Positions 40,659 to 49,676 of a DNA stretch of 64,000 bases are shown here, piece by piece. The position numbers were made by a program, and so were the translations under genes. The notes under the pieces were generated by a model. It did no database searches, had not been told where the DNA came from, and worked only from the letters and a program-made list of their open reading frames with translations. The stretch comes from Nitrospirota bacterium (lineage in GTDB: Bacteria > Nitrospirota > Thermodesulfovibrionia > Thermodesulfovibrionales > UBA9159), in the NCBI GenBank assembly GCA_963699545.1, contig CAVOUE010000009.1, forward strand, positions 96,001 through 160,000, given 5' to 3'. The number at the start of each line of letters is the position of its first letter. Position 1 is the stretch's first letter.

Positions 40659-41456
40659 ATGTTAAGAAGGATCGGGATCATTATCCTCGCAGTTGTGTTT
40701 ATAGGTTCCATGTCGTTGGCTCCTGTTATTGATACTGTTCACGCGGATGCCAAGTGCGAGTGCGGTAAGGACTGCAAGTGTGAGCACTGCAAGACCGGCA
40801 AGGGAGAATGCCAGTGCAAGGGTGACGGCAAGGGCGGATGTCAGTGCGGGAAGGACTGCAAGTGTGAGCACTGCAAAACTGGCAAAGGTGAATGCGCCTG
40901 CGGCAAGGGTGACGGCAAGGGCGGATGCAACTGTAAGAGCGACGGCAAGGGCGGATGCCAGTGCGGCAAGGACTGCAAGTGTGAGCACTGCAAGACCGGC
41001 AAGGGAGAATGCCAGTGCAAGGGTGACGGCAAGGGCGGATGCCAGTGCGGCAAGGACTGCAAGTGTGAACATTGTGCACGCGGTGCTGCTGCTGCAAAGA
41101 CAAAGCCGGCATCAGATGCAGACTATGCAAAGACCATGAAATCAAAGGCCGGGACGTTCAAGGCGACCTACACGAGCGACCCTGAGGCCATCCCTGTGGG
41201 CACGATCATCAGCTGGAAGCTGAAGGTCGAAACAGCCGACGGCAAAGCGGTGACCAACGCAAAGATAACCGTTGACGGAGCGATGCCTGAGCACGGCCAC
41301 GGTCTGCCCACACAGCCGAAGGTGAAGAGCCTTGGTGACGGCAGCTATCTCGTTGAAGGGATCAAGTTCAGCATGCCGGGATGGTGGACCATGAAATTTT
41401 CGATCAAGGCAGGAGGAAAGACCGACAGCGTAACATTTAATCTCCAGCTCAAATAG
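40659..41456 (+). CDS. Secreted protein: metallothionein-like Cys-rich repeats fused to a YtkA/FixH-like domain
   Basis: Signal peptide; 28 Cys in 107 aa of repeats; C-terminal DGAMPEHGHGLPTQP...FSMPGWW YtkA-like motif. Confidence 0.85.
   Translation: MLRRIGIIILAVVFIGSMSLAPVIDTVHADAKCECGKDCKCEHCKTGKGECQCKGDGKGGCQCGKDCKCEHCKTGKGECACGKGDGKGGCNCKSDGKGGCQCGKDCKCEHCKTGKGECQCKGDGKGGCQCGKDCKCEHCARGAAAAKTKPASDADYAKTMKSKAGTFKATYTSDPEAIPVGTIISWKLKVETADGKAVTNAKITVDGAMPEHGHGLPTQPKVKSLGDGSYLVEGIKFSMPGWWTMKFSIKAGGKTDSVTFNLQLK
40755..41075 (+). repeat. Intragenic ~84-bp tandem repeats (three full units, one partial unit, one short spacer unit)
   Basis: Unit encodes CxCGKDCKCEHCKTGKGECxCKGDGKGG; units 1 and 3 nearly identical at DNA level. 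Confidence 0.9.
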
Positions 41457-41462
41457 AGGTCA

Positions 41463-42713
41463 GTGAAAAGATTGCTAAGATCCTTGAGAAGGGTTCCTGT
41501 TCTGCTGATCGCCTTCACTCTGCCGGTCCTCCTCATAGCGAGGAAGGCACCAGCAGAAACAGAGACCTTCAAGGAAATGCACCTGTGGAGCGAAGGAGAT
41601 ATCCAGGTCCTTCGCTCCTTTTCTCTCTCCTCCCTTCCGCCTCTGCCAAAGGACCCTTCCAATGCCTATGCTGACGATCCCCGGGCAATAGAGCTCGGCA
41701 AGAAGCTCTTCTTCGATAAGAGGCTCAGCGCCAACGGCAAGGTCTCCTGCGGAACATGCCATAACCCGGACATGAGCTTCACGGACAGTCTTCCCCTTGC
41801 AAAGGGCATGGGTACGACAACGAGGCGGACAATGCCTCTCATCGGCTCTGCATACAACGCATGGTTCTTCTGGGACGGCAGAAAGGACAGCCTCTGGTCA
41901 CAGGCGATCGGACCCATCGAAAGCGCCGTGGAGCACGGTTTCACCAGGGCGATGTGCGCACACCTCATTACCGACAGATACAAGAGCGAATATGAGCAGA
42001 TCTTCGGGACACTGCCGAAAATAGACCATAAGAACTGCCCTCCCCTTGCAAGCCCCGGAACAGGCAACCCTGCTGCACTGAAGGCGTGGAAAGCAATGAA
42101 GCCCGCGGACAGGGATGTGGTGAACAGGATCTATGCCAACATCGGAAAGGCGATCGCTGCCTATGTAAGACGGATACTGCCGCAGCCGGCACCCTTTGAC
42201 CGGTACGTTGAAGCAGTGGCCAAGAACGACCCTGAAGGGGCGGACAGGCTCATCAGCCATGATGCGGTTGAGGGGTTGCGGCTCTTCACCGGCAAGGCGA
42301 AATGTACGAATTGCCACTTGGGACCGCTCTTCACAAACAGCAGCTTCCACAACGTTGGACTGAGCAACCCCAAGGACAAGGGAAGAGCAGAGGGCATCGG
42401 AAAGGTCCTTTCCGATGAGTTCAACTGCTTCGGCAAGTACAGCGATGCGAAGCCTGAAGAATGCCCGGAGCTGAGGTTCATTGACACGAACAGGTCAAAG
42501 TATGCCGGAGCGTTCAAAACGCCCACCTTGCGGAATGTTGCCGCAAGGCCGCCCTACATGCATGACGGGCAGCTGAAGACCCTTGCCGAGGTCATGAACT
42601 TTTACCGGCGGAGCGGAAGCCATGAGCTTGGGCATCAGGACCTCACCAATGAAGAGCTTTCGAAGATAGAAGCGTTCCTGAAGACCCTGAGCTCGCCTCT
42701 GAGCTATCCGTAG
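41463..42713 (+). CDS. Di-haem cytochrome c peroxidase, MauG/MbnH/BthA-like
   Basis: LFFDKRLS..G.VSCGTCH, FWDGR, CTNCH, FKTPTLRNV, PYMHDG. Confidence 0.88.
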   Translation: MKRLLRSLRRVPVLLIAFTLPVLLIARKAPAETETFKEMHLWSEGDIQVLRSFSLSSLPPLPKDPSNAYADDPRAIELGKKLFFDKRLSANGKVSCGTCHNPDMSFTDSLPLAKGMGTTTRRTMPLIGSAYNAWFFWDGRKDSLWSQAIGPIESAVEHGFTRAMCAHLITDRYKSEYEQIFGTLPKIDHKNCPPLASPGTGNPAALKAWKAMKPADRDVVNRIYANIGKAIAAYVRRILPQPAPFDRYVEAVAKNDPEGADRLISHDAVEGLRLFTGKAKCTNCHLGPLFTNSSFHNVGLSNPKDKGRAEGIGKVLSDEFNCFGKYSDAKPEECPELRFIDTNRSKYAGAFKTPTLRNVAARPPYMHDGQLKTLAEVMNFYRRSGSHELGHQDLTNEELSKIEAFLKTLSSPLSYP

Positions 42714-42873
42714 CAGCTCTGTCCACATTGTCCTTTGTCCGCCTGACCCGCGTGAGCCGGAGGATCCCGAGCTTTTCTTGCGGCTGGGGCATTCTTTGTT
42801 GACTTGAATATTGAAAAGATGTTAATAGAATAGTGTTTGCATGGAATTATGAATAAGGAGGAAACGAAGGAAC

Positions 42874-43461
42874 ATGGCGGAAGTCGAACTCCCGAATACC
42901 GAAGAACTGGAAGAGATCAGGTCCAAGACCTTTACAAAACGGGTGGCGCTTGTCACCGCCATCTTTGCGGTCATGCTCGCCGTTTCCTCCCTCGGCGGGA
43001 ACAATGCGATGAAAGAGATGCTTCTCGCTCAGCAGCAGTCCTCTGACCAGTGGGCGTTCTACCAGGCAAAGGTGGTCCGCGAGCATCTCTACCGGAGCCA
43101 GAAGATGCGTATAGAAGCCGACCTCATGGAACGGGGCACGACCATGAAGCCGGAGATGCGGAAGCACTATGAATCCATGCTCAGGAAGATGAATGAGGAA
43201 GAGGCCCGGTATAGCAAAGAGAAGAAAGAGATCGAGCAGGAGGCGAAGAAGCTTGAACACGAGCGGGACATCAACAGGAGCAAAGACCCCTATTTCGACT
43301 ACGCAGAAGTGCTCCTCCAGATCTCCATTGTGATGGCCTCCATCTCCATACTGGCGGTCTCCCGTCATGTGTTCTATTTTGCCATCGTGCTCGCCTCTCT
43401 TGGAGCACTCATGGGCCTCAACGGATTCCTGCTCATTTTCAAGATCCCTTTCTTGCATTAA
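42874..43461 (+). CDS. DUF4337-like membrane protein
   Basis: VALVTAIFAV, SDQWAFYQAK, coiled coil, AEVLLQISIV. Confidence 0.75.
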   Translation: MAEVELPNTEELEEIRSKTFTKRVALVTAIFAVMLAVSSLGGNNAMKEMLLAQQQSSDQWAFYQAKVVREHLYRSQKMRIEADLMERGTTMKPEMRKHYESMLRKMNEEEARYSKEKKEIEQEAKKLEHERDINRSKDPYFDYAEVLLQISIVMASISILAVSRHVFYFAIVLASLGALMGLNGFLLIFKIPFLH

Positions 43462-43474
43462 GAGTGTTGGGATA

Positions 43475-45025
43475 ATGAAAAATAAAAGAGTTCCCGGCAG
43501 AGCCGCAGTAACCTTATTGTGCATTTTCCTCCTCTCCTTCTCCTCCGCCTATGCCGAAGAGACGGTCATACGCATTCTTCATATCAATGATTTCCACGGC
43601 TTCGCGGAGCCATACATGCCGCTTGGGTCAGAGGAGATGCGGGGCGGTATCGCATATCTCGCGGCAAAGGTGGATGCCCTCCGCAAAGAGAAGCCGACCC
43701 TCCTGCTCTCGGCCGGGGACATGATCCAGGGCGACAACTGGGCAAACCTCTTCCAGGGTGAATCCGTGATTGAACTCATGAACGCCATGAACTTTGACGC
43801 CATGGTCCTGGGGAATCATGAATTCGATTTCGGGCAGGAGGTGCTCGGGAAGCGAATTTCAGAGGCCCGTTTCCCTGTCCTCGGGGCGAATGTCCGGGGG
43901 CTCGACATGCTGAAACCGTTCGCTGTAAAGGAGATCAGCGGGGTCAGGATCGCGATTATCGGAGTCGTGACAGACGACACCCCGGCGACGACACATCCGC
44001 GGAACGTGACCGGCCTGAAATTCGAACTGCCTGCAGATGCCGTTGAGAGATACGTGAGGGAACTGAGGCAAACGGCAGATATTGTCATTGTCCTTTCTCA
44101 CATTGGGTATTCCGCTGACAGGATACTGGCGGAAAAGGTGGATGGGATAGATGTCATCGTCGGCGGGCATTCCCATACAAAGATAGAAAAGCCGGTCATG
44201 CTCGGCAAAACAGTGATCGTTCAGGCGTGGGAGCACGGAAAGGCCCTCGGCGTGTTAGACCTCACCGTGCGGGACCGAAAGATATCAGGCTTCGAAGGTC
44301 ATCTTGAAGAGATCGGACCGGTTCCGGGCGAGGGAGACAGGGGCGTTCTGGCGATCGTTGAGAAGTATGAACGAAAGAGCGATACGGCGTTGAATGAAAA
44401 AGCAGGTGAGACCGAAGTCGACCTCGATGGAGAGAATGCGAGGAGGAAAGAGACCAATCTCGGCGATCTCGTTGCGGATGTGATGAGGCTGGTATCCGGT
44501 GCAGATGCAGCTATTGGCAATGGCGGGGCCATCAGGACGAACATAAAGAAAGGCGAGATACGGGTGAAGGACATCTATGCTGTCCTGCCGTTTGACAGTT
44601 ACGTCGTTGCCATCAGGCTCACGGGAAAGCAGATAAGGGAAGCGCTGGAACATGGGGTATCGGCCATAGAGGAAGGAAGCGGAAGGTTTCCCCAGGTATC
44701 AGGCATTTCCTTCACCTATGCCCCCTCTGAAAAGGAGGGTGCGCGGGTGAAGGATATCTTCATTGCGGGGAAGCCCCTGGAACCCGACAGGGAATACACC
44801 GTTGCCACCAACGACTTTCTGGCTGCCGGAGGCGACGGGTACAAGGTCTTTGGAGATGCCATAAGGTCTTCAGTGGATTTCTCCAATATCGGCGGGACAC
44901 TGAAAGGTGAAAAGCTCGTGTACAGCGATTCCGGCAGGTGGCTGAAGGATATAGTCGGTGACTATATAAGAGAGAAAAAGAAAATAGCGCCCGGGGTCGA
45001 GGGCAGGATAAGGGAGATACGTTGA
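43475..45025 (+). CDS. Bifunctional UDP-sugar hydrolase / 5'-nucleotidase
   Basis: ILHINDFHG, AGD, GNHEFD, GGHSH, NGGAIR, LPF, FPQVSG, GGDGY. Confidence 0.9.
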   Translation: MKNKRVPGRAAVTLLCIFLLSFSSAYAEETVIRILHINDFHGFAEPYMPLGSEEMRGGIAYLAAKVDALRKEKPTLLLSAGDMIQGDNWANLFQGESVIELMNAMNFDAMVLGNHEFDFGQEVLGKRISEARFPVLGANVRGLDMLKPFAVKEISGVRIAIIGVVTDDTPATTHPRNVTGLKFELPADAVERYVRELRQTADIVIVLSHIGYSADRILAEKVDGIDVIVGGHSHTKIEKPVMLGKTVIVQAWEHGKALGVLDLTVRDRKISGFEGHLEEIGPVPGEGDRGVLAIVEKYERKSDTALNEKAGETEVDLDGENARRKETNLGDLVADVMRLVSGADAAIGNGGAIRTNIKKGEIRVKDIYAVLPFDSYVVAIRLTGKQIREALEHGVSAIEEGSGRFPQVSGISFTYAPSEKEGARVKDIFIAGKPLEPDREYTVATNDFLAAGGDGYKVFGDAIRSSVDFSNIGGTLKGEKLVYSDSGRWLKDIVGDYIREKKKIAPGVEGRIREIR

Positions 45026-45031
45026 GGCACC

Positions 45032-45214
45032 ATGAGAGTTTATGTGAATGATGAACCCGTTGATATCCTTCCCGGAATGACGGTAAGGCATGCTCTCATC
45101 GGCGCCGGACTTTTGGGAGGGATCGAAATATCCGGGAAGACATACGATGAGTGGGGAAATGAGATTGGGCTGGACGGAGCCCTGACCGAGGGGATGAAGC
45201 TATATCTGAAATAA
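45032..45214 (+). CDS. Small beta-grasp (ThiS/MoaD-like) protein lacking C-terminal GG
   Basis: MRVYVNDEPV...MTVRHAL...LTEGMKLYLK; follows the nucleotidase after 6 nt. Confidence 0.6.
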   Translation: MRVYVNDEPVDILPGMTVRHALIGAGLLGGIEISGKTYDEWGNEIGLDGALTEGMKLYLK

Positions 45215-45273
45215 AGAAGGGTGCGTCCCCGCGAGAATGTGCTTGCCTTTCTCTTTTCCTGTTCCCCGAAGAG

Positions 45274-45302
45274 TTGACAGAGCGCCTCCGGCCGTATACA
45301 AT
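45274..45302 (+). promoter_or_regulatory. sigma70 promoter for a near-leaderless transcript
   Basis: TTGACA-17 nt-TACAAT, ATG 8 nt downstream, no SD. Confidence 0.65.
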
Positions 45303-45310
45303 CACCACAC

Positions 45311-45988
45311 ATGGCTGACGGACATCGCGCAGATAATCAGTCACTCGATAGTTTCGAGCGGGAATTGACGAGGGCCGAAGACCGCCTTCTCGCGCGTCTC
45401 GACAGTCCCGCCAAGATCCAGCTTCTCCTTGACGGCCTTGCCTATGCCGCCAAAACCGTGTACCGTGCTCCGCTTCGGGTACTGCGGGAGCGGACCTGCC
45501 AGTGCTTCGACGGCGCCGTCTTCGGCGCCGCCATGCTGCGCCGTCTCGGGTATCCTGCGCTGGTCCTGAACCTTTTACCCAACAACCGTGACGACGACCA
45601 CGTGCTCGCGTTGTTCCGTCGGGACGGGCACTGGGGAGCGGTCGCGAAATCGAACTTTGTGAACCTGCGGTTCCGGGAGGCAGTGTACGGCACCGTGCGG
45701 GAACTGGTCATGTCGTACTTCGAGCACTACTACAACATACAGCGCGAGAAGACCCTTCGCGGCTATACCCGTCCCCTCGACCTGAAGACCTTTGACCGCC
45801 GCCGGTGGATGACGCTGGACGAGACGATGGAGCTGATCTCACAGCGGCTGGACGAGATCCGCAGGGTGCATCTCCTCACAAAGCCCATGATCGCACGGCT
45901 CTCGCCGCTGGATGTCCTCTCCTGCCGGGCAGGCCTCCTCGGCGCGAGCAAGGCGGGTCTGTACAGGCCGCCGCGCAGGAAACGCTGA
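45311..45988 (+). CDS. Conserved hypothetical protein, possible transglutaminase-like Cys protease fold
   Basis: CFDGA, DDDHVLALF, WGAVAKSN, ELVMSYF. Confidence 0.7.
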   Translation: MADGHRADNQSLDSFERELTRAEDRLLARLDSPAKIQLLLDGLAYAAKTVYRAPLRVLRERTCQCFDGAVFGAAMLRRLGYPALVLNLLPNNRDDDHVLALFRRDGHWGAVAKSNFVNLRFREAVYGTVRELVMSYFEHYYNIQREKTLRGYTRPLDLKTFDRRRWMTLDETMELISQRLDEIRRVHLLTKPMIARLSPLDVLSCRAGLLGASKAGLYRPPRRKR

Positions 45989-46053
45989 TACCGGAGATAG
46001 GGATGTTCTCCGTAATCTCTTCGTTCGATGTGAAACAAGGCTGTTCCATCCGG

Positions 46054-46812
46054 CTACCTTTTGTGACAATATACGCAGAGATCAAAGGCTGTCTTTGCCT
46101 TGAATCGGTAAAGCGCGGGGCTGTCTGCGCTGTGTGGATCATGGCAGCTTCCGCAGTAAAAAGGCATCCCGGGCCGTGCAGGGTCCTCGATCCACTTCTC
46201 TGACCCATTTTTTTCGGTTAAGCCAATGGGGTGTGCCGAAGAGCCTGCCGCTGCTATTACATGGGGACGTTTCGCGACAGCAGGATGACACTGCAGACAC
46301 AGATCGACCGGGCTGCTCACGAGCAGAGCCACAGTATTGGCGGCATGAGGAGTATGACAGCTCAGGCACGTCCCCTTTGCCACCGGAGGGTGGATATGCT
46401 TTTTCTTGAAGTCCGCCTTTGGATGGCACGCAAAACAGAGAGCCGGAACTTGCTTGACAAGCAGTTTTTTGTACGGTGAAGAATGGGGGTCGTGGCAGTT
46501 CGTGCACCCTGTTCCAAGGGGCGGATGTACGGTCTTTCCGGCAAATGGTGCCCTGTCGTGACATCCATAGCACAGGTCGGGCTGATCTGTTGAGAGACCG
46601 AAGCGGTTCGCGGCTGTCTTCGCATGCGGCACTTTCGGGGATCCTATAGCCGAGTGGCAAGACGGGCATCCCAGGCCGACGGCTGGATGAACTATTTTCC
46701 GGCTTACGAGTTTTGTGTGACATCCGCGGCAATCCTTCGAAACGGGTGCAGCGCTGGTCTCCGACGCGAGCAAGACCACGATCAATAGAGCAAACACGTC
46801 GACGATCGACAT
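46054..46812 (-). CDS. Periplasmic multihaem cytochrome c (9 CxxCH, paired-CxxCH type)
   Basis: CRGCH, CPSCH, CYGCH, CTNCH, CFACH, CLSCH, CLQCH, CGSCH, CVYCH; HxP and CH.PH repeats; signal peptide. Confidence 0.9.
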   Translation of the reverse strand: MSIVDVFALLIVVLLASETSAAPVSKDCRGCHTKLVSRKIVHPAVGLGCPSCHSAIGSPKVPHAKTAANRFGLSTDQPDLCYGCHDRAPFAGKTVHPPLGTGCTNCHDPHSSPYKKLLVKQVPALCFACHPKADFKKKHIHPPVAKGTCLSCHTPHAANTVALLVSSPVDLCLQCHPAVAKRPHVIAAAGSSAHPIGLTEKNGSEKWIEDPARPGMPFYCGSCHDPHSADSPALYRFKAKTAFDLCVYCHKR

Positions 46813-47109
46813 AGGCGATATGCCCCCAACAAATTGCTGAGACGTGCAGGTCTTCCAACGCATGTCTTCTGCTCATTGTAGCACACAACACGGTCGACAT
46901 CGCTCCGGGGTGAACCAATATGGTTGACAGAGTACACGCCTGACATCCCAAACATTTTTTTCTGTGTTTACGGTTGTGGTGACGTGCAGGGGAAATGCAT
47001 ACTTCCATCATCCTGGTCAGCGTGCTAAACTGATTGTAGAGGAATTATCCGGACCGGGCAGCCGTCCGGGATTAAGATGGCACGAGAAAAAGGGTTGTAA
47101 GGAGGGGGT

Positions 47110-47406
47110 ATGAAAAAATGTATCTGTTTCAGTATCTGCTCTTTGTTCCTGCTGGCGGGAGCACCCGCTTACGCTTTGACCAGCGCATGGGAAAGGCACT
47201 GTGAGGCTTGCCATGACGGGCAAACCATACTCAACGGCAGAGTTGTAATTGATAGAGAACAGATGAGAGCAAAATACACGAACCTTCAGGAATTCGTGAA
47301 TACCTGCGGAGGTTCTTCATCATGCATGAATATATTGAAGCACGACAAGAAATTACTAAGGGAGGTGGGTAAGGAGATTGGTCTGAAAGACACTCCCAGG
47401 AAATAA
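47110..47406 (+). CDS. Small monohaem c-type cytochrome
   Basis: Signal peptide, CEACH, GGAGG RBS. Confidence 0.75.
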   Translation: MKKCICFSICSLFLLAGAPAYALTSAWERHCEACHDGQTILNGRVVIDREQMRAKYTNLQEFVNTCGGSSSCMNILKHDKKLLREVGKEIGLKDTPRK

Positions 47407-47433
47407 GGACTCGCAGCACACCTCAGCCCGCTT

Positions 47434-48063
47434 TCATATCTTCAGGGCCTTTACCTCCAGGTCTTTCATCCTGCCTCGAATCCATTTGAGGATATCGTCA
47501 TAGGATGGGGGCGTCACAAGGAAGATTTCGATGTCGGGAGGAAGCTGCAGCCGCATCCGGTCCTCGTCCCTCATGATGAGCATGCCCGCTTCACCCTCCA
47601 GGAGGTTAGCCTCTATCACCTCTTTTGCATGCTGAAGCCTTTGATCGACAAGTTCCGAGTAGAACCCCATGATCTTCCCAAAGACTTCCTTTGTCCTCAC
47701 GATAGTAAGACAGTTCGCCCAATCAAGAAAAGGGCCGAGTATCTCTTCCTTCTCGAGGGGCAACAGAATAGCCCCCTCCCCCATCTTTTTCTGTATAACC
47801 TGCAGCGCCCGTTCATTGGCCTTTGCCAGGACGTCGAAGGCCTCATCTCCCGGGGAGGTGATATGTTCACAGAAGACCTTTGTGACCTTCCCCACCACCT
47901 CGAGTCTCTCCAGGTGCTTTACCACCTCATCCCAGTATTTCTCGAAGAGCCCCCGGTAGTCCTCCGGCGCATCCTCCATTGAATAAATGCTGGGTACACA
48001 GTAGAGCTTTCTCTTTGCGATAAATCCCTCGGCAGCAGGCCTCTCTATCCGTCCCAGTTCCAT
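47434..48063 (-). CDS. Conserved hypothetical protein
   Basis: 209 aa ORF with AGGAGG RBS, host-like codon use. Confidence 0.75.
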   Translation of the reverse strand: MELGRIERPAAEGFIAKRKLYCVPSIYSMEDAPEDYRGLFEKYWDEVVKHLERLEVVGKVTKVFCEHITSPGDEAFDVLAKANERALQVIQKKMGEGAILLPLEKEEILGPFLDWANCLTIVRTKEVFGKIMGFYSELVDQRLQHAKEVIEANLLEGEAGMLIMRDEDRMRLQLPPDIEIFLVTPPSYDDILKWIRGRMKDLEVKALKI

Positions 48064-48120
48064 CGTACTGACTCCTCCTTCACACTTGTATTCCTGTGAT
48101 CTCCCTGCAGGTCAGGCTTC

Positions 48121-48547
48121 CTATCGTATGTAATACCCTGACACCCTCCACTTCCCATCCTTGTCCAGCATGGGAGTAACGGTTCTCCACTGCGGATTTC
48201 TTATTCTCAAAGGAAGTATCGTACTGAATGACCACATATTCTCCATCAGGAGCGCCGGGCAGCGATCTTGTATATTGCTTCGCTTTGACACTCCTTGAGA
48301 CCAGTTTCCCCAGGGGCTTCCTCACCGCCGTCAGCGATTCCTGCCACTTCTCCTTTGTCACGGCAGCCCTGAACATCTGCGCAGACTCGCCCCAGCTCTC
48401 AGCGTACTTCCCTCCATCCACTAATGCGAGCCACTGGGATGCGGCCTTTACCGCCGTGTCCTCGGCATTTTGACCTGCCCCCGCAGGGGCGACCGCCAAG
48501 ATGAGCAAGGAAACTAATAAAAGGAAAACGCCTGTTGCTGCTTTCAT
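48121..48547 (-). CDS. DUF4019-like secreted protein, one +1 frameshift at ~48182-48188
   Basis: WLALVDGGKY..SW, RKPLG, LPGAPDGEYVVIQY; corrected end [22 protein letters not shown]. Confidence 0.85.
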
Positions 48548-48848
48548 GTTTATGTCCTTTCTGGCCCCGGACGTATTTTTGCCGCCGACCGGTGCAGCCA
48601 TCAAGATTATACCCTTTTTCGGTCTGAAAATCCTGTCAGGAACTCCGCGGCAAGGCCGCAGGGTCCTCTACGCAACGACTGCTTCCTTGTTCTAATGAAA
48701 ATTACCCTCCCTTTTGTATAAAATAGGAGCGCTGATTCCCGAGACTATAACGGATACGATACCACGTGTCTGAGGAGGAACGACGGGCGAGGTGAGATTC
48801 AGTGACAATTACCTTGATCGCCGGACTTACTCAAAGGAGGATTGACGT

Positions 48849-49673
48849 ATGGATTTTGGCATGAAGAACAGGCTCTCGCGGATATTTGGTCCCAAGACCG
48901 GAAGGACCGTCATGCTCGCGGTGGACCACGGCTACTTTCAGGGCCCGACCACAGGGCTGAAGGACATGAAAAACATTACCCCCCTCATTCCCCATGCAGA
49001 CTGTCTCTTTGTAACCAGGGGGATATTACGGAACTCCATTGACCCCAGGATTGGAACGTCCGTCTGCCTCAGGGTGTCGGGCGGTCCCAGTATCCTGAGG
49101 GAATTATCCCATGAAGATATCACCACGTCCATGGAAGAAGCCCTGAGGCTGAACGCCTCCGGCGTCGGCATGTCGATCTTTGTAGGCGCAGAGAATGAAG
49201 ACAGGACCATCGCTAACCTCGGCAGGCTGGTGAATGAGGCAGAGAGATACGGCATGCCGGTCCTCGCCATAACCGCAGTGGGCAAGGAAATGGTGAGGGA
49301 CGCGCGTTACCTCTCCCTTGCCTGCAGGATAGCGGCGGAGGTGGGAGCGCATTTCGTAAAAACCTACTATTGCGATGATTTCCACAAGGTGGTGGAGGGG
49401 TGTCCGGTTCCCATTGTCATTGCAGGGGGCAAGAAGATCCCTGAAATGGATGCCCTGCTGATGACCGAGAACGCCATCAAAGCGGGAGCGAAAGGCGTGG
49501 ACATGGGAAGGAATATATTTCAGAGCGACAACCCGGTGGGAATGATCAGGGCGGCGAGAGCCATCGTGCACAGGGGAGCTTCCGCAAAGGAAGCCTTCGA
49601 ACTTTATAAAGCGCGCAGGAAGTCAGGGACAGCGGAGATCGGGAGGATCGATGAAGACAGGGAAAAGATATAG
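48849..49673 (+). CDS. lsrF: LsrF-like class I aldolase/thiolase (DhnA family)
   Basis: MDFGMKNRLSRIF, LAVDHGYFQGP, RDARYLSLACRIAAE, VKTYY, AGGKK, GVDMGRNIFQ. Confidence 0.85.
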   Translation: MDFGMKNRLSRIFGPKTGRTVMLAVDHGYFQGPTTGLKDMKNITPLIPHADCLFVTRGILRNSIDPRIGTSVCLRVSGGPSILRELSHEDITTSMEEALRLNASGVGMSIFVGAENEDRTIANLGRLVNEAERYGMPVLAITAVGKEMVRDARYLSLACRIAAEVGAHFVKTYYCDDFHKVVEGCPVPIVIAGGKKIPEMDALLMTENAIKAGAKGVDMGRNIFQSDNPVGMIRAARAIVHRGASAKEAFELYKARRKSGTAEIGRIDEDREKI

Positions 49674-49676
49674 TCG

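Noticed and set aside
40755-41075. Tandem repeats as a CRISPR array or as multihaem motifs
   Set aside because: Repeats are contiguous, in-frame and coding with no unique spacers or cas genes; the motif is CKCEHC, not CxxCH.
40662-41145. Several overlapping repetitive ORFs in other frames and strands
   Set aside because: Shadows of the repeat; only the 40659 frame has an RBS, signal peptide and recognisable domain.
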